This document shows, in pieces, positions 21,573 to 29,728 of a stretch of DNA of 64,000 bases (positions are counted from its first letter, which is position 1; each line of letters begins with the position of its first letter). The notes under the pieces are model-generated. The model saw only the letters and a program-made list of their open reading frames with translations, had not been told where the DNA came from and searched no databases. The stretch lies in NCBI GenBank assembly GCA_947174665.1, contig CAMWJV010000005.1:356-64355 (forward strand). Direction: 5' to 3'. This DNA is from an uncultured Lachnospiraceae bacterium. GTDB lineage: Bacteria > Bacillota > Clostridia > Lachnospirales > Lachnospiraceae. The position numbers and the translations under genes are program-made.

Positions 21573-22148
21573 TTATTCTGCTGCGGGTGTCTCTGCTGCT
21601 TCTTCAGCAGGAGCTTCTGCCGTTTCCTCAGCAGGTGCCGCTGCGGGTGCTTCTGCTGCGGAAGCTCCGCCTTTCTCGGCCAGCTGGTTCATGACGCGAG
21701 CGAAATTGGCGATCGGGCTCTGCATGCTGCCAAGCAGTCTGGAAATAAGCACATCTCTGGAAGGAATGCTTGCAATGGAAGCAATCCCCTTCGCATCATA
21801 CATGGTGCCTTCCACCACACCGGCCTTAATCTCCAGCTTATCTGCCTTCTTTGCAAACTCAGACAGCAGCCTTGCAGGAGCCGTTGCATCCTCAGTGGAA
21901 ATTGCCACTGCGCTGGGTCCCTCCAGATACTGGGTCAGGCTTTCAAATGCGGTGTCCTTAAACGCACGTGTCATAAAGGTGTTCTTGTACACCTTATAGA
22001 CAACTCCCGCCTCACGCAGACTCTTACGGAGCTGTGTGTCCTGCTCAACAGTCAGTCCGCGGTAATCGACCAGAACAACAGACTGAGCATCCTTGATGCT
22101 GGCGGAAATTTCTTCTACGATGGGCTGTTTTAATTCAACCTTTGCCAT
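21573..22148 (-). CDS. rplJ: 50S ribosomal protein L10 (with Ala/Glu/Pro-rich tail)
   Basis: VDYRGLTVEQ, VYKNT, LEGPSA. Confidence 0.98.
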   Translation of the reverse strand: MAKVELKQPIVEEISASIKDAQSVVLVDYRGLTVEQDTQLRKSLREAGVVYKVYKNTFMTRAFKDTAFESLTQYLEGPSAVAISTEDATAPARLLSEFAKKADKLEIKAGVVEGTMYDAKGIASIASIPSRDVLISRLLGSMQSPIANFARVMNQLAEKGGASAAEAPAAAPAEETAEAPAEEAAETPAAE

Positions 22149-22204
22149 TTTTTTACCTCCTTATAGAATTGTTTGGGGTTGTCCCCTGCCGAAAGGAGTT
22201 TTAT

Positions 22205-22330
22205 AAAAGAAAAACCTTCCTGAAGACAGGAAGGTAAAAAGTCTCGGTAAAACTCTTTCCTCGGTAGGCGTCCTTTAGAACTTACCCCGGAAATCGCTCC
22301 CCGGGACCTACTGTCTTCGGCTTTGGTCTT
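22205..22330 (-). promoter_or_regulatory. L10 leader (rplJL autoregulatory attenuator)
   Basis: Minus strand CCGAAGACAGTAGG...CCTACCGAGG, then terminator ACCTTCCTGTCTTCAGGAAGGTTTTT whose CTGTCTTC can pair with the upstream GAAGACAG; TTGACA-18-TATTAT promoter at 22344-22373. Confidence 0.85.
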
Positions 22331-22391
22331 GTGACCGTAAAAGATAATAACATAAGGGGCTGACTTCTGTCAACCCCTAACTTTACTAACT

Positions 22392-23081
22392 TTAGAACTT
22401 CAAAGTATTCACCTTCACGCCGGGGCCCATGGTGCTGGCCAGGGTAATGCTCTTCAGATACTGTCCCTTCACAGCGCTGGGTCTTGCTTTCACAATCGCC
22501 TCCATCAGCGCGTTAAAGTTCTCCTGCAGAGCCTCCTCGGTAAAGGATACCTTTCCTACGGGAACATGCACGATATTGGTCTTGTCGAGCCTGTACTCAA
22601 TCTTACCGGCTTTAATATCGTTTACAGCCTTGGTAACATCCATGGTGACAGTGCCTGCCTTGGGATTGGGCATCAGTCCCTTGGGACCCAAAACCTTACC
22701 AAGACGTCCCACAACACCCATCATGTCAGGGGTAGCCACTACCACGTCAAAATCAAGCCATCCGTCGTTCTGAATCTTGGGAATCAACTCCTCGCCGCCT
22801 ACATAGTCAGCTCCGGCTGCCTCTGCCTCATTTACCTTGTCACCCTTTGCAAATACAAGAACCCTTACCGTCTTACCTGTTCCGTTAGGCAGTACAACCG
22901 CGCCGCGAATCTGCTGCTCTGCGTGACGTCCGTCACAGCCGGTTCTGATATGAACTTCGATGGTTTCGTCAAACTTTGCTGTTGCTGTCTTCTTTACCAA
23001 AGCTATTGCCTCATTGGGCTCATAGGCCACTGTGCGGTCTACAAGCTTTGCAGCTTCGGCATATTTCTTACCATGCTTCAT
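22392..23081 (-). CDS. rplA: 50S ribosomal protein L1
   Basis: [25 protein letters not shown]. Confidence 0.99.
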   Translation of the reverse strand: MKHGKKYAEAAKLVDRTVAYEPNEAIALVKKTATAKFDETIEVHIRTGCDGRHAEQQIRGAVVLPNGTGKTVRVLVFAKGDKVNEAEAAGADYVGGEELIPKIQNDGWLDFDVVVATPDMMGVVGRLGKVLGPKGLMPNPKAGTVTMDVTKAVNDIKAGKIEYRLDKTNIVHVPVGKVSFTEEALQENFNALMEAIVKARPSAVKGQYLKSITLASTMGPGVKVNTLKF

Positions 23082-23083
23082 TA

Positions 23084-23512
23084 TTATCCCTCCTCTACTG
23101 TGATGCCCATACTGCGCGCAGTACCTGCTATCATGCTCATTGCCGCCTCAAGGCTTGCCGCATTCAGATCCGGCATCTTCGTCTCGGCGATTTCCTGAAG
23201 CTTTGCCTTCGAGATGGTCGCCACTTTAGTCTTGTTAGGAACACCCGAACCGGACTTAATGTTGCACGCCTTCTTCAGCAGAACTGCAGCAGGGGGAGTC
23301 TTCGTAATGAAACTGAAAGACCTGTCTGCATATACAGTGATGACTACGGGGATGATGACATCGCCCTTGTCCGCTGTCTTTGCATTGAACTGTTTCGTGA
23401 ATTCAACGATGTTCACGCCATGCTGACCCAGCGCAGGGCCAACAGGGGGAGCCGGTGTTGCTTTGCCGGCAGGAATCTGTAACTTGATGTAGCCTACTAC
23501 TTTCTTTGCCAT
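23084..23512 (-). CDS. rplK: 50S ribosomal protein L11
   Basis: Start MAKKVVG at 23512 with AGGAGG; [17 protein letters not shown]. Confidence 0.99.
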   Translation of the reverse strand: MAKKVVGYIKLQIPAGKATPAPPVGPALGQHGVNIVEFTKQFNAKTADKGDVIIPVVITVYADRSFSFITKTPPAAVLLKKACNIKSGSGVPNKTKVATISKAKLQEIAETKMPDLNAASLEAAMSMIAGTARSMGITVEEG

Positions 23513-23671
23513 TTTGGCACCTCCTATAATGTGGTACGCCGCTTGACTGCCTGCGGCGTTCTGGCGCAGAACTGAAATCATGTTGTCCTGCTCCCACTTT
23601 GCTGCCGTGAGGAATATCCGTCTCCGGCAATACTCCCCACCATATATTTAGCGGCTCACGCCGTAAATACC

Positions 23672-24190
23672 TTAAAGTTTTCTCACCTCTGCAAAACTGA
23701 TCTCCACAGGGGTCTCTCTTCCAAACAGTTCCACGTTGATGGTGGCTGTCTGCTTGTTGTAGTCAAGCTTATGGACGATGCCCACAGTATCCTTCCATAC
23801 ACCCGCCACTACTGCAATACTGTCTCCCTCCACAAAATCGATGGAAACATTCTCGGTCTTGATACCAAGAGGCTTCATCTCCGCCTCGGTAAGAGGAACG
23901 GGCTTGCTTCCCGGTCCCACGAATCCTGTAACACCACGGGTATTTCTGACAACATACCACGTGTCATCATTCATTTCCATATTGAGAAGCACATAGCCGG
24001 GGAACATTTTCCGCTGAACAGTCTTCTTCACACCGTTCTTCAGCTCAACTACTTCCTCCAGAGGAACTCTTACTTCCAGAATCTGCTCTGCAAGGTTCTT
24101 GTTGTTCTCGATGGTCTTTTCAATATTGGCTTTGACCTTGTTTTCATAGCCGGAATAGGTATGAACCACATACCATTTTGCCTCTGCCAT
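23672..24190 (-). CDS. nusG: Transcription antitermination factor NusG
   Basis: WYVVHTYSGYE, FPGYVL, GVTGFVG, FGRETPVE. Confidence 0.99.
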   Translation of the reverse strand: MAEAKWYVVHTYSGYENKVKANIEKTIENNKNLAEQILEVRVPLEEVVELKNGVKKTVQRKMFPGYVLLNMEMNDDTWYVVRNTRGVTGFVGPGSKPVPLTEAEMKPLGIKTENVSIDFVEGDSIAVVAGVWKDTVGIVHKLDYNKQTATINVELFGRETPVEISFAEVRKL

Positions 24191-24205
24191 ACAATCACCC
24201 TCACT

Positions 24206-24412
24206 CTAATGAATTGATATTAAGAAGTCTACGCCGTTCTTGACAACATAGTCAATGATTGCAATGATCACGCCCACAACAACCGAGATTGCCACCACAG
24301 CGACAGACTGTTTTAAAGTCTCCTGCCTGTCCGGCCATACAATCTTTTTAAACTCAGACTTCACACCGGCAAAAAAACCGGGGCGCTTTTGCTTTTCTGC
24401 GGAATCTCCCAT
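24206..24412 (-). CDS. secE: Preprotein translocase SecE
   Basis: SEFKKIVWP plus TM; between rpmG and nusG; start MGDSAEK behind GGAGG. Confidence 0.95.
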   Translation of the reverse strand: MGDSAEKQKRPGFFAGVKSEFKKIVWPDRQETLKQSVAVVAISVVVGVIIAIIDYVVKNGVDFLISIH

Positions 24413-24452
24413 TTTGACCTCCAAACTGAAAAACGCTGATTATCTGGTCTCC

Positions 24453-24540
24453 AAAACCCTGCTTCGTATCCAAAGAGACATTGCTTTATCTCCGAAGAAA
24501 CCTTACTTTGTCTCTGAGGAGACCTTACTTTGTCTCCTTG
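24453..24540. repeat. Four degenerate 22-bp tandem repeats overlapping the rpmG 3' end
   Basis: AAAACCCTGCTTCGTATCCAAA / GAGACATTGCTTTATCTCCGAA / GAAACCTTACTTTGTCTCTGAG / GAGACCTTACTTTGTCTCCTTG at exact 22-nt spacing. Confidence 0.75.
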
Positions 24541-24674
24541 TGTACGGTATGGGTTCTGCAGAATCTACAATACTTCTTAATCTCCATCCTGTCGGGATGA
24601 GTCTTCTTATCCTTGGTAGTATTATAGTTACGCTGCTTGCATTCGGTACAAGCCAAAGTGATTTTTGTACGCAT
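24525..24674 (-). CDS. rpmG: 50S ribosomal protein L33 (Zn-binding form)
   Basis: Manual translation [49 protein letters not shown]; GGAGG RBS. Confidence 0.97.
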   Translation of the reverse strand: MRTKITLACTECKQRNYNTTKDKKTHPDRMEIKKYCRFCRTHTVHKETK

Positions 24675-24739
24675 GTCGGCTACCTCCACTTGATTTTTTA
24701 AGCATAAAAAAAAGACCTGAAATCTTATCTCGCCTGAAT

Positions 24740-24768
24740 ACTATAACACAGCACCCGGATTTCGTCAA
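24740..24768 (-). promoter_or_regulatory. sigmaA promoter for rpmG-secE-nusG
   Basis: TTGACG-17 bp-TATAGT with a TG extended -10. Confidence 0.7.
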
Positions 24769-24860
24769 CAATTTTTTCAAGAAAATACTTGTGCGCTCCC
24801 CCAACGTGTGCTACAATGTAAACATAAGAGTGGGTTAGTGTCTTAATAAGGAAAGGAGGT

Positions 24861-26162
24861 ATGACAATGGGTGCTGTTTTAAATGCGGTATACAATAATT
24901 ATCTTACTACGTATTCACAGCAGGCTTTGACCCGCTATGACACTCACAAAAAAAGTGAGCTTCGCAGCGTGTATAATTCCATTGTCAAAATTAATAAGGA
25001 AGCCCCCTGGTATCTTCCCACCACAAGCAAAGCTACCCAGCAGTACGCTATTGCCATTAAGGAAAATGCCCGCGGACTGCGAAATACTCTTGCACAACTG
25101 GGCGGCATGGAGGAAAATGTTCTTTTTAATAAGAAGAGCGCCTACACATCGGACGAAAGCATTGTCACTGCTTCCTACATCGGGTCTCAGGATCTGGACA
25201 ATAACATGCCCGGCCTGGATCTGGAGGTTCATTCCCTAGCCACTTCTCAGGAAAACCTTGGCCTTTTTCTTCCCGATGCCAGAACGGAATTGCCCCCCGA
25301 TACCTATTCCTTTGATCTGGGTATCAATGACATGAATTACGAATTCCAGTTTACCGTGGGAGAATCCGAAACCAATCGTGATATACAGGAACGTCTGGTC
25401 CGGCTGATCAACAATTCCGGCACAGGCGTCAAGGCGGACATTGCCGAATCAGACGGCAGAAGTGCCCTTCGGCTGACATCGGAATCCACCGGCCTGAGTT
25501 CCGGTAAAAATCAGCTTTTTGCCATCAGCGACAATAAGACCAGCAAACGCGCCGGCACAGTGGATTACTTTGGACTGGATTACACCAGCCGGGAAGCTTC
25601 CAATGCCAGATTCAGCATAAACGGCGAGGAGCGCAGTTCCTCCTCCAACCATTTCACCATCGGCAAGCTGTTTGATGTCCAGCTGAACAGTACTACGGAA
25701 GAAGGCAGCCCCGTCCGGATTGGTCTCAAGACAGATGTGGAGTCCCTGGCTGACAATGTTTCTCATCTGGTTGGCGGCTATAATGATTTTGTGAAGACTG
25801 CTGCCTCCTATGTGGAAACCCAGTCCAAGAGCAGACAACTGGTAAACGAAATGAAGGGAATTGTCGGCGTATACAGTTCCGCTCTGGAATCCATGGGTAT
25901 CTCCCTCTCAGAGGATGGCACCATGAATCTGAACCGTGATATTTTTCATCAGGCGGCGCTGCGGTCTGATGACATCACTGAAACCTTTGGCAGCCTGAAA
26001 AACCTTTCCAGCTCCTTAATACGCAAGAGCAATCAGGTCTCCCTGAACCCGATGGATTATGTGCAGAAGACAGTTGTTGCCTACAAAAACCCGGGCCACA
26101 ATTATGTGAGTCCTTACAATACAAGCGCGTACAGTGGAATGCTGTTTAACAGTTATTGCTAA
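24861..26162 (+). CDS. FliD-like (flagellar cap-related) protein
   Basis: VHSLATSQEN, RLINNSGTGVKA, LRLTSESTG, ASNARFSINGEERSSSSNHF, LVGGYNDFV and LESMGISLSEDGTM resemble FliD segments. Confidence 0.65.
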   Translation: MTMGAVLNAVYNNYLTTYSQQALTRYDTHKKSELRSVYNSIVKINKEAPWYLPTTSKATQQYAIAIKENARGLRNTLAQLGGMEENVLFNKKSAYTSDESIVTASYIGSQDLDNNMPGLDLEVHSLATSQENLGLFLPDARTELPPDTYSFDLGINDMNYEFQFTVGESETNRDIQERLVRLINNSGTGVKADIAESDGRSALRLTSESTGLSSGKNQLFAISDNKTSKRAGTVDYFGLDYTSREASNARFSINGEERSSSSNHFTIGKLFDVQLNSTTEEGSPVRIGLKTDVESLADNVSHLVGGYNDFVKTAASYVETQSKSRQLVNEMKGIVGVYSSALESMGISLSEDGTMNLNRDIFHQAALRSDDITETFGSLKNLSSSLIRKSNQVSLNPMDYVQKTVVAYKNPGHNYVSPYNTSAYSGMLFNSYC

Positions 26163-26170
26163 ATAAAATC

Positions 26171-26213
26171 AAAAAGCTTCCCGTCCGGTTTTCGTTCCGG
26201 GGGAAGCTTTTTT
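26171..26213. terminator. Bidirectional intrinsic terminator between the FliD-like gene and glf
   Basis: AAAAAGCTTCCC...GGGAAGCTTTTTT. Confidence 0.85.
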
Positions 26214-26258
26214 ATCGGGCAGTTATCCAACAGATAACATGTCCTTTTTTGTTCCGGT

Positions 26259-27407
26259 TTATGAAAGTTCCTTCGCCGCCATCTGAAGCGCTTCTGCAAT
26301 TACTTTATCCATGTCATAATACTTATATTGTCCCAGTCTGCCGCCAAAAAGTACGTTTTTCTCCTCCGCCGCAAGCCGGGCATATTTTTCGTAAAGCTTC
26401 CCGTTCTGTTCGTCATTCACGGGATAATAGGGCTCGTCCCCTCTCCGCCATGCGGCAGGATACTCTCTCGTAATCACTGTGTCCGGCTGGGTGCCGAATT
26501 CAAAGTGCTTATGCTCAATGATACGGGTGTAGGGCACCTCTCTCTCCGTATAATTTACCACGGCGTTACCCTGATAATTGCTGCAGCCCTCCAGAATTTC
26601 TTCCTCAAAACGAAGAGACCTGTACTGCAGTTCCCCGTAACAGTAATCAAAGTACTCATCAATCATGCCTGTATACAGCACCTTGTCGAAGGTATCGGCA
26701 GTATTCTGCATAAACTCCCGGCAAGAAATTCCCAGACGAACTTCAATTCCCTCCAGCAGCTTTTCCGCAATCTGAGTATACCCGCCAACGGGAATCCCCT
26801 GGAACCTGTCAGTGAAATAATTGTTGTCATAGGTAAACCGGACAGGCAGCCGTCGGATGATAAAGGCCGGGAGTTCGGTACAGCTTCTGCCCCACTGCTT
26901 TTCCGTGTAGCCCTTCACCAGCTTTTCATACACGTCCCTGCCCACCAGAGACAGCGCCTGCTCCTCCAGATTAGACGGTTCTGTCCTGTTCAGCCCGGAT
27001 CTGTCACCGCCGGGAGCAGTTCCCAGCGCCTCACCGGCCTCCCGCTTCTGCCGATCAATTATCTCTCTGGCCTCCGCAGGCGTCCTGATTCCCCACATTT
27101 TGCTGAAAGTGTTCATATTAAAGGGCAGATTATAGAGTTCCCCGCCATACACCGCTATGGGCGAGTTCACAAAATTATTAAACTCCGCAAAACGGTTCAC
27201 ATAATCCCAGACTGCTCTGTCTGACGTATGAAAAATATGTGCGCCGTATCTGTGCACCTGAATGCCCTTTTTTTCTTCCGTATATATATTGCCGCCGAGA
27301 TGCTCCCTTTTGTCAATGCACAGACATTTCTTTCCGGCCCTGCTCATCTCATGGGCAAACACGGCGCCAAAGAGTCCGGCCCCCACAATCAGCCAGTGAT
27401 ACCTCAT
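26259..27407 (-). CDS. glf: UDP-galactopyranose mutase
   Basis: IVGAGLFG, HRYGAHIFHT, YTEKQWG, TRIIEHKHF, EPYYP, GRLGQYKYYDMD. Confidence 0.97.
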   Translation of the reverse strand: MRYHWLIVGAGLFGAVFAHEMSRAGKKCLCIDKREHLGGNIYTEEKKGIQVHRYGAHIFHTSDRAVWDYVNRFAEFNNFVNSPIAVYGGELYNLPFNMNTFSKMWGIRTPAEAREIIDRQKREAGEALGTAPGGDRSGLNRTEPSNLEEQALSLVGRDVYEKLVKGYTEKQWGRSCTELPAFIIRRLPVRFTYDNNYFTDRFQGIPVGGYTQIAEKLLEGIEVRLGISCREFMQNTADTFDKVLYTGMIDEYFDYCYGELQYRSLRFEEEILEGCSNYQGNAVVNYTEREVPYTRIIEHKHFEFGTQPDTVITREYPAAWRRGDEPYYPVNDEQNGKLYEKYARLAAEEKNVLFGGRLGQYKYYDMDKVIAEALQMAAKELS

Positions 27408-28155
27408 TTATTTTTCTTCCCCTTTGCTTTGTACTTGTCAATCTGAACGAAATCATCCATCAGCTCAAGTACCTTATCACGCCCTGCCTGATTCAGCTTG
27501 ATATAATTCTGCATAACGCGGTTTTCAAGCAGCCCTTCACCAGCTTTTCATACACGTCCCTGCCCACCAGAGACAGCGCCTGCTCCTCCAGATTAGACGG
27601 TTCTGTCCTGTTCAGCCCGGATCTGTCACCGCCGGGAGCAGTTCCCAGCGCCTCACCGGCCTCCCGCTTCTGCCGATCAATTATCTCTCTGGCCTCCGCA
27701 GGCGTCCTGATTCCCCACATTTTGCTGAAAGTGTTCATATTAAAGGGCAGATTATAGAGTTCCCCGCCATACACCGCTATGGGCGAGTTCACAAAATTAT
27801 TAAACTCCGCAAAACGGTTCACATAATCCCAGACTGCTCTGTCTGACGTATGAAAAATATGTGCGCCGTATCTGTGCACCTGAATGCCCTTTTTTTCTTC
27901 CGTATATATATTGCCGCCGAGATGCTCCCTTTTGTCAATGCACAGACATTTCTTTCCGGCCCTGCTCATCTCATGGGCAAACACGGCGCCAAAGAGTCCG
28001 GCCCCCACAATCAGCCAGTGATACCTCATTTATTTTTCTTCCCCTTTGCTTTGTACTTGTCAATCTGAACGAAATCATCCATCAGCTCAAGTACCTTATC
28101 ACGCCCTGCCTGATTCAGCTTGATATAATTCTGCATAACGCGGTTTTCAAGCAGC
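26909..28155. repeat. 622-bp direct tandem duplication (26909-27530 = 27531-28152) with AGC microhomology at the junction
   Basis: Sequence from AGCCCTTCACCAGC to GTTTTCAAGC recurs at offset 622; ORF track shows identical duplicated translations. Confidence 0.95.
27493..28029 (-). pseudogene. glf: Truncated 5' copy of glf created by the duplication
   Basis: Identical to glf up to EKLVKG, then an out-of-frame tail CLKTALCRIISS. Confidence 0.9.
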
Positions 28156-28376
28156 TGCGCGCCAAGGGACGCATCTCTTTCCAGAGAGGAAAAATCCACC
28201 GGGTTCAGACTGAGCTTATCACACATCCTGATGACCGTGCCGTATGCCATCCCTTCGATCCCACGCTCCAGTGCAGTCACCAGTGTACTATAGGGAATCT
28301 TCAGCTCCATTGCAAACTGACGCACACTGCGGTACTGCCTTAAAATCTCTTTCTTCAAAATCTCTGCCTTTGTCAT
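28026..28376 (-). CDS. Small HTH (XRE-like) regulator
   Basis: SVRQFAMELKIPYSTLVTAL HTH; start MTKAEIL behind GGAGG; ATGA overlap with the glf copy. Confidence 0.8.
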   Translation of the reverse strand: MTKAEILKKEILRQYRSVRQFAMELKIPYSTLVTALERGIEGMAYGTVIRMCDKLSLNPVDFSSLERDASLGAQLLENRVMQNYIKLNQAGRDKVLELMDDFVQIDKYKAKGKKNK

Positions 28377-28487
28377 TTTTACCTCCATTCCGAATCACTT
28401 GCACTGAAGAAAACAGCTTCCGATCTGTGCAAATCACATGACTAATATACGATTTCCCGTGTATATTTTCAAGGGAAACCCAAAAAA

Positions 28488-28940
28488 TTAATATAGATTT
28501 AAGAGTTGCTTAAGCTGTTCTTTCAAATACTCATATCTCCGGCGCTTTTCCTCTTTGCCGAAATGCCCGGCAGACTCTCTGTCCTGTATCTCATTCCCCT
28601 CATAGCAAAGTTTTTTTGCCCCTTCGCCAAACTGCTCGCTGGTAAGGTCAAATACATATCCGTCCACCACGTTGTAGCAGTGAACGCCGCCGTTGTCCGT
28701 AGGCATTGCATATACCGCTCCCCCGAAAATATCCTGTGCCAGAAAAGCAGTTATAGAGCATTGACCCAGAGTTTTATTTTCTTCGCTCCAATCGCTGCGC
28801 ATTCTGGGCGCACAGGTGTCTGCGCACCAGACAGAAGAAAGAGCATCATACAGATCAAGAGGCGTTTCTATACCATTATATATATTGTTCTTCGCCTTTA
28901 CATTTCCGGCCGTCTGCCATCCGTAAAAATCCCATGACAT
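28488..28940 (-). CDS. YunG-like hypothetical protein
   Basis: W..ENKTLGQCSITA..QDIFGG, HCYN, DLTSEQF. Confidence 0.7.
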   Translation of the reverse strand: MSWDFYGWQTAGNVKAKNNIYNGIETPLDLYDALSSVWCADTCAPRMRSDWSEENKTLGQCSITAFLAQDIFGGAVYAMPTDNGGVHCYNVVDGYVFDLTSEQFGEGAKKLCYEGNEIQDRESAGHFGKEEKRRRYEYLKEQLKQLLNLY

Positions 28941-29170
28941 AAACAGCACCTCCTCTCTCCAACAAGAATAGCACGGATATAGAAATAAATCCACCCGACT
29001 CCCGCAGTTTATTTTTTATGGTTTATATGGTAAGATAATAACACTTATCAAAATTTTTGCGCATTTCGGGAATATTCTTTTCCGGATTCCGACTTATCGG
29101 ATGAAGGCCTTCAAATGATAACAAATGAATACAGCCGCCTGACAGCGGCTGAATGAGGGGAAATTGTATT

Positions 29171-29728
29171 ATGGAAGATTCTCAGATCATGGACCTATAC
29201 TGGAAACGCAATGAATATGCCATTGTTGAGACAGACCGCAAATATGGCGCATTATGCCACAGCGTTGCCATGAACCTGCTGTCTGTCCGTGAGGATGCCG
29301 AGGAATGCGTCAACGACACCTGGAACGAAGCGTGGAACCAGCTGCCTCCCCAGCGCCCTGAAAATTTCAAGGCATGGCTGTGCAGAATTGTGCGCAACAT
29401 CTCAATTAACCTCTGGCGCAAAAATCATGCCCAGAAGCGGTATAACGGCATAAATCAGATTCTCGACGAGCTGGAGGACTGCATTCCCTCCTCTCAGACC
29501 GTGGAACAGGAAATAGAGGATGCAGAGTTGGGACGCTGCATCAGCGCCTGGCTGCTCTCACTGTCTCCGGAGGACCGGGTTTTGTTTGTACGCCGCTACT
29601 GGCATGGCGATGCCCTGAATGAACTGGCGGAAAAATGGAACATTCCGGCCGCCAGGCTGACCAAAAAAATGTACAGGCTGCGTCTCGACCTGAAATCCAT
29701 TCTTGAAAAGGAGGAAATATATCTATGA
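29171..29728 (+). CDS. ECF RNA polymerase sigma-70 factor
   Basis: EDAEECVNDTW, AWLCRIVRN, region 4 LSPEDRVLFVRRY. Confidence 0.92.
   Translation: MEDSQIMDLYWKRNEYAIVETDRKYGALCHSVAMNLLSVREDAEECVNDTWNEAWNQLPPQRPENFKAWLCRIVRNISINLWRKNHAQKRYNGINQILDELEDCIPSSQTVEQEIEDAELGRCISAWLLSLSPEDRVLFVRRYWHGDALNELAEKWNIPAARLTKKMYRLRLDLKSILEKEEIYL

Noticed and set aside
21573-21670. Ala/Glu/Pro repeat tail on L10
   Set aside because: A low-complexity extension that I recall as common in related clostridial L10 proteins; not considered novel.
24453-24540. CRISPR array
   Set aside because: Repeats are contiguous without unique spacers, and no cas genes are present; no CRISPR array was seen anywhere in the window.
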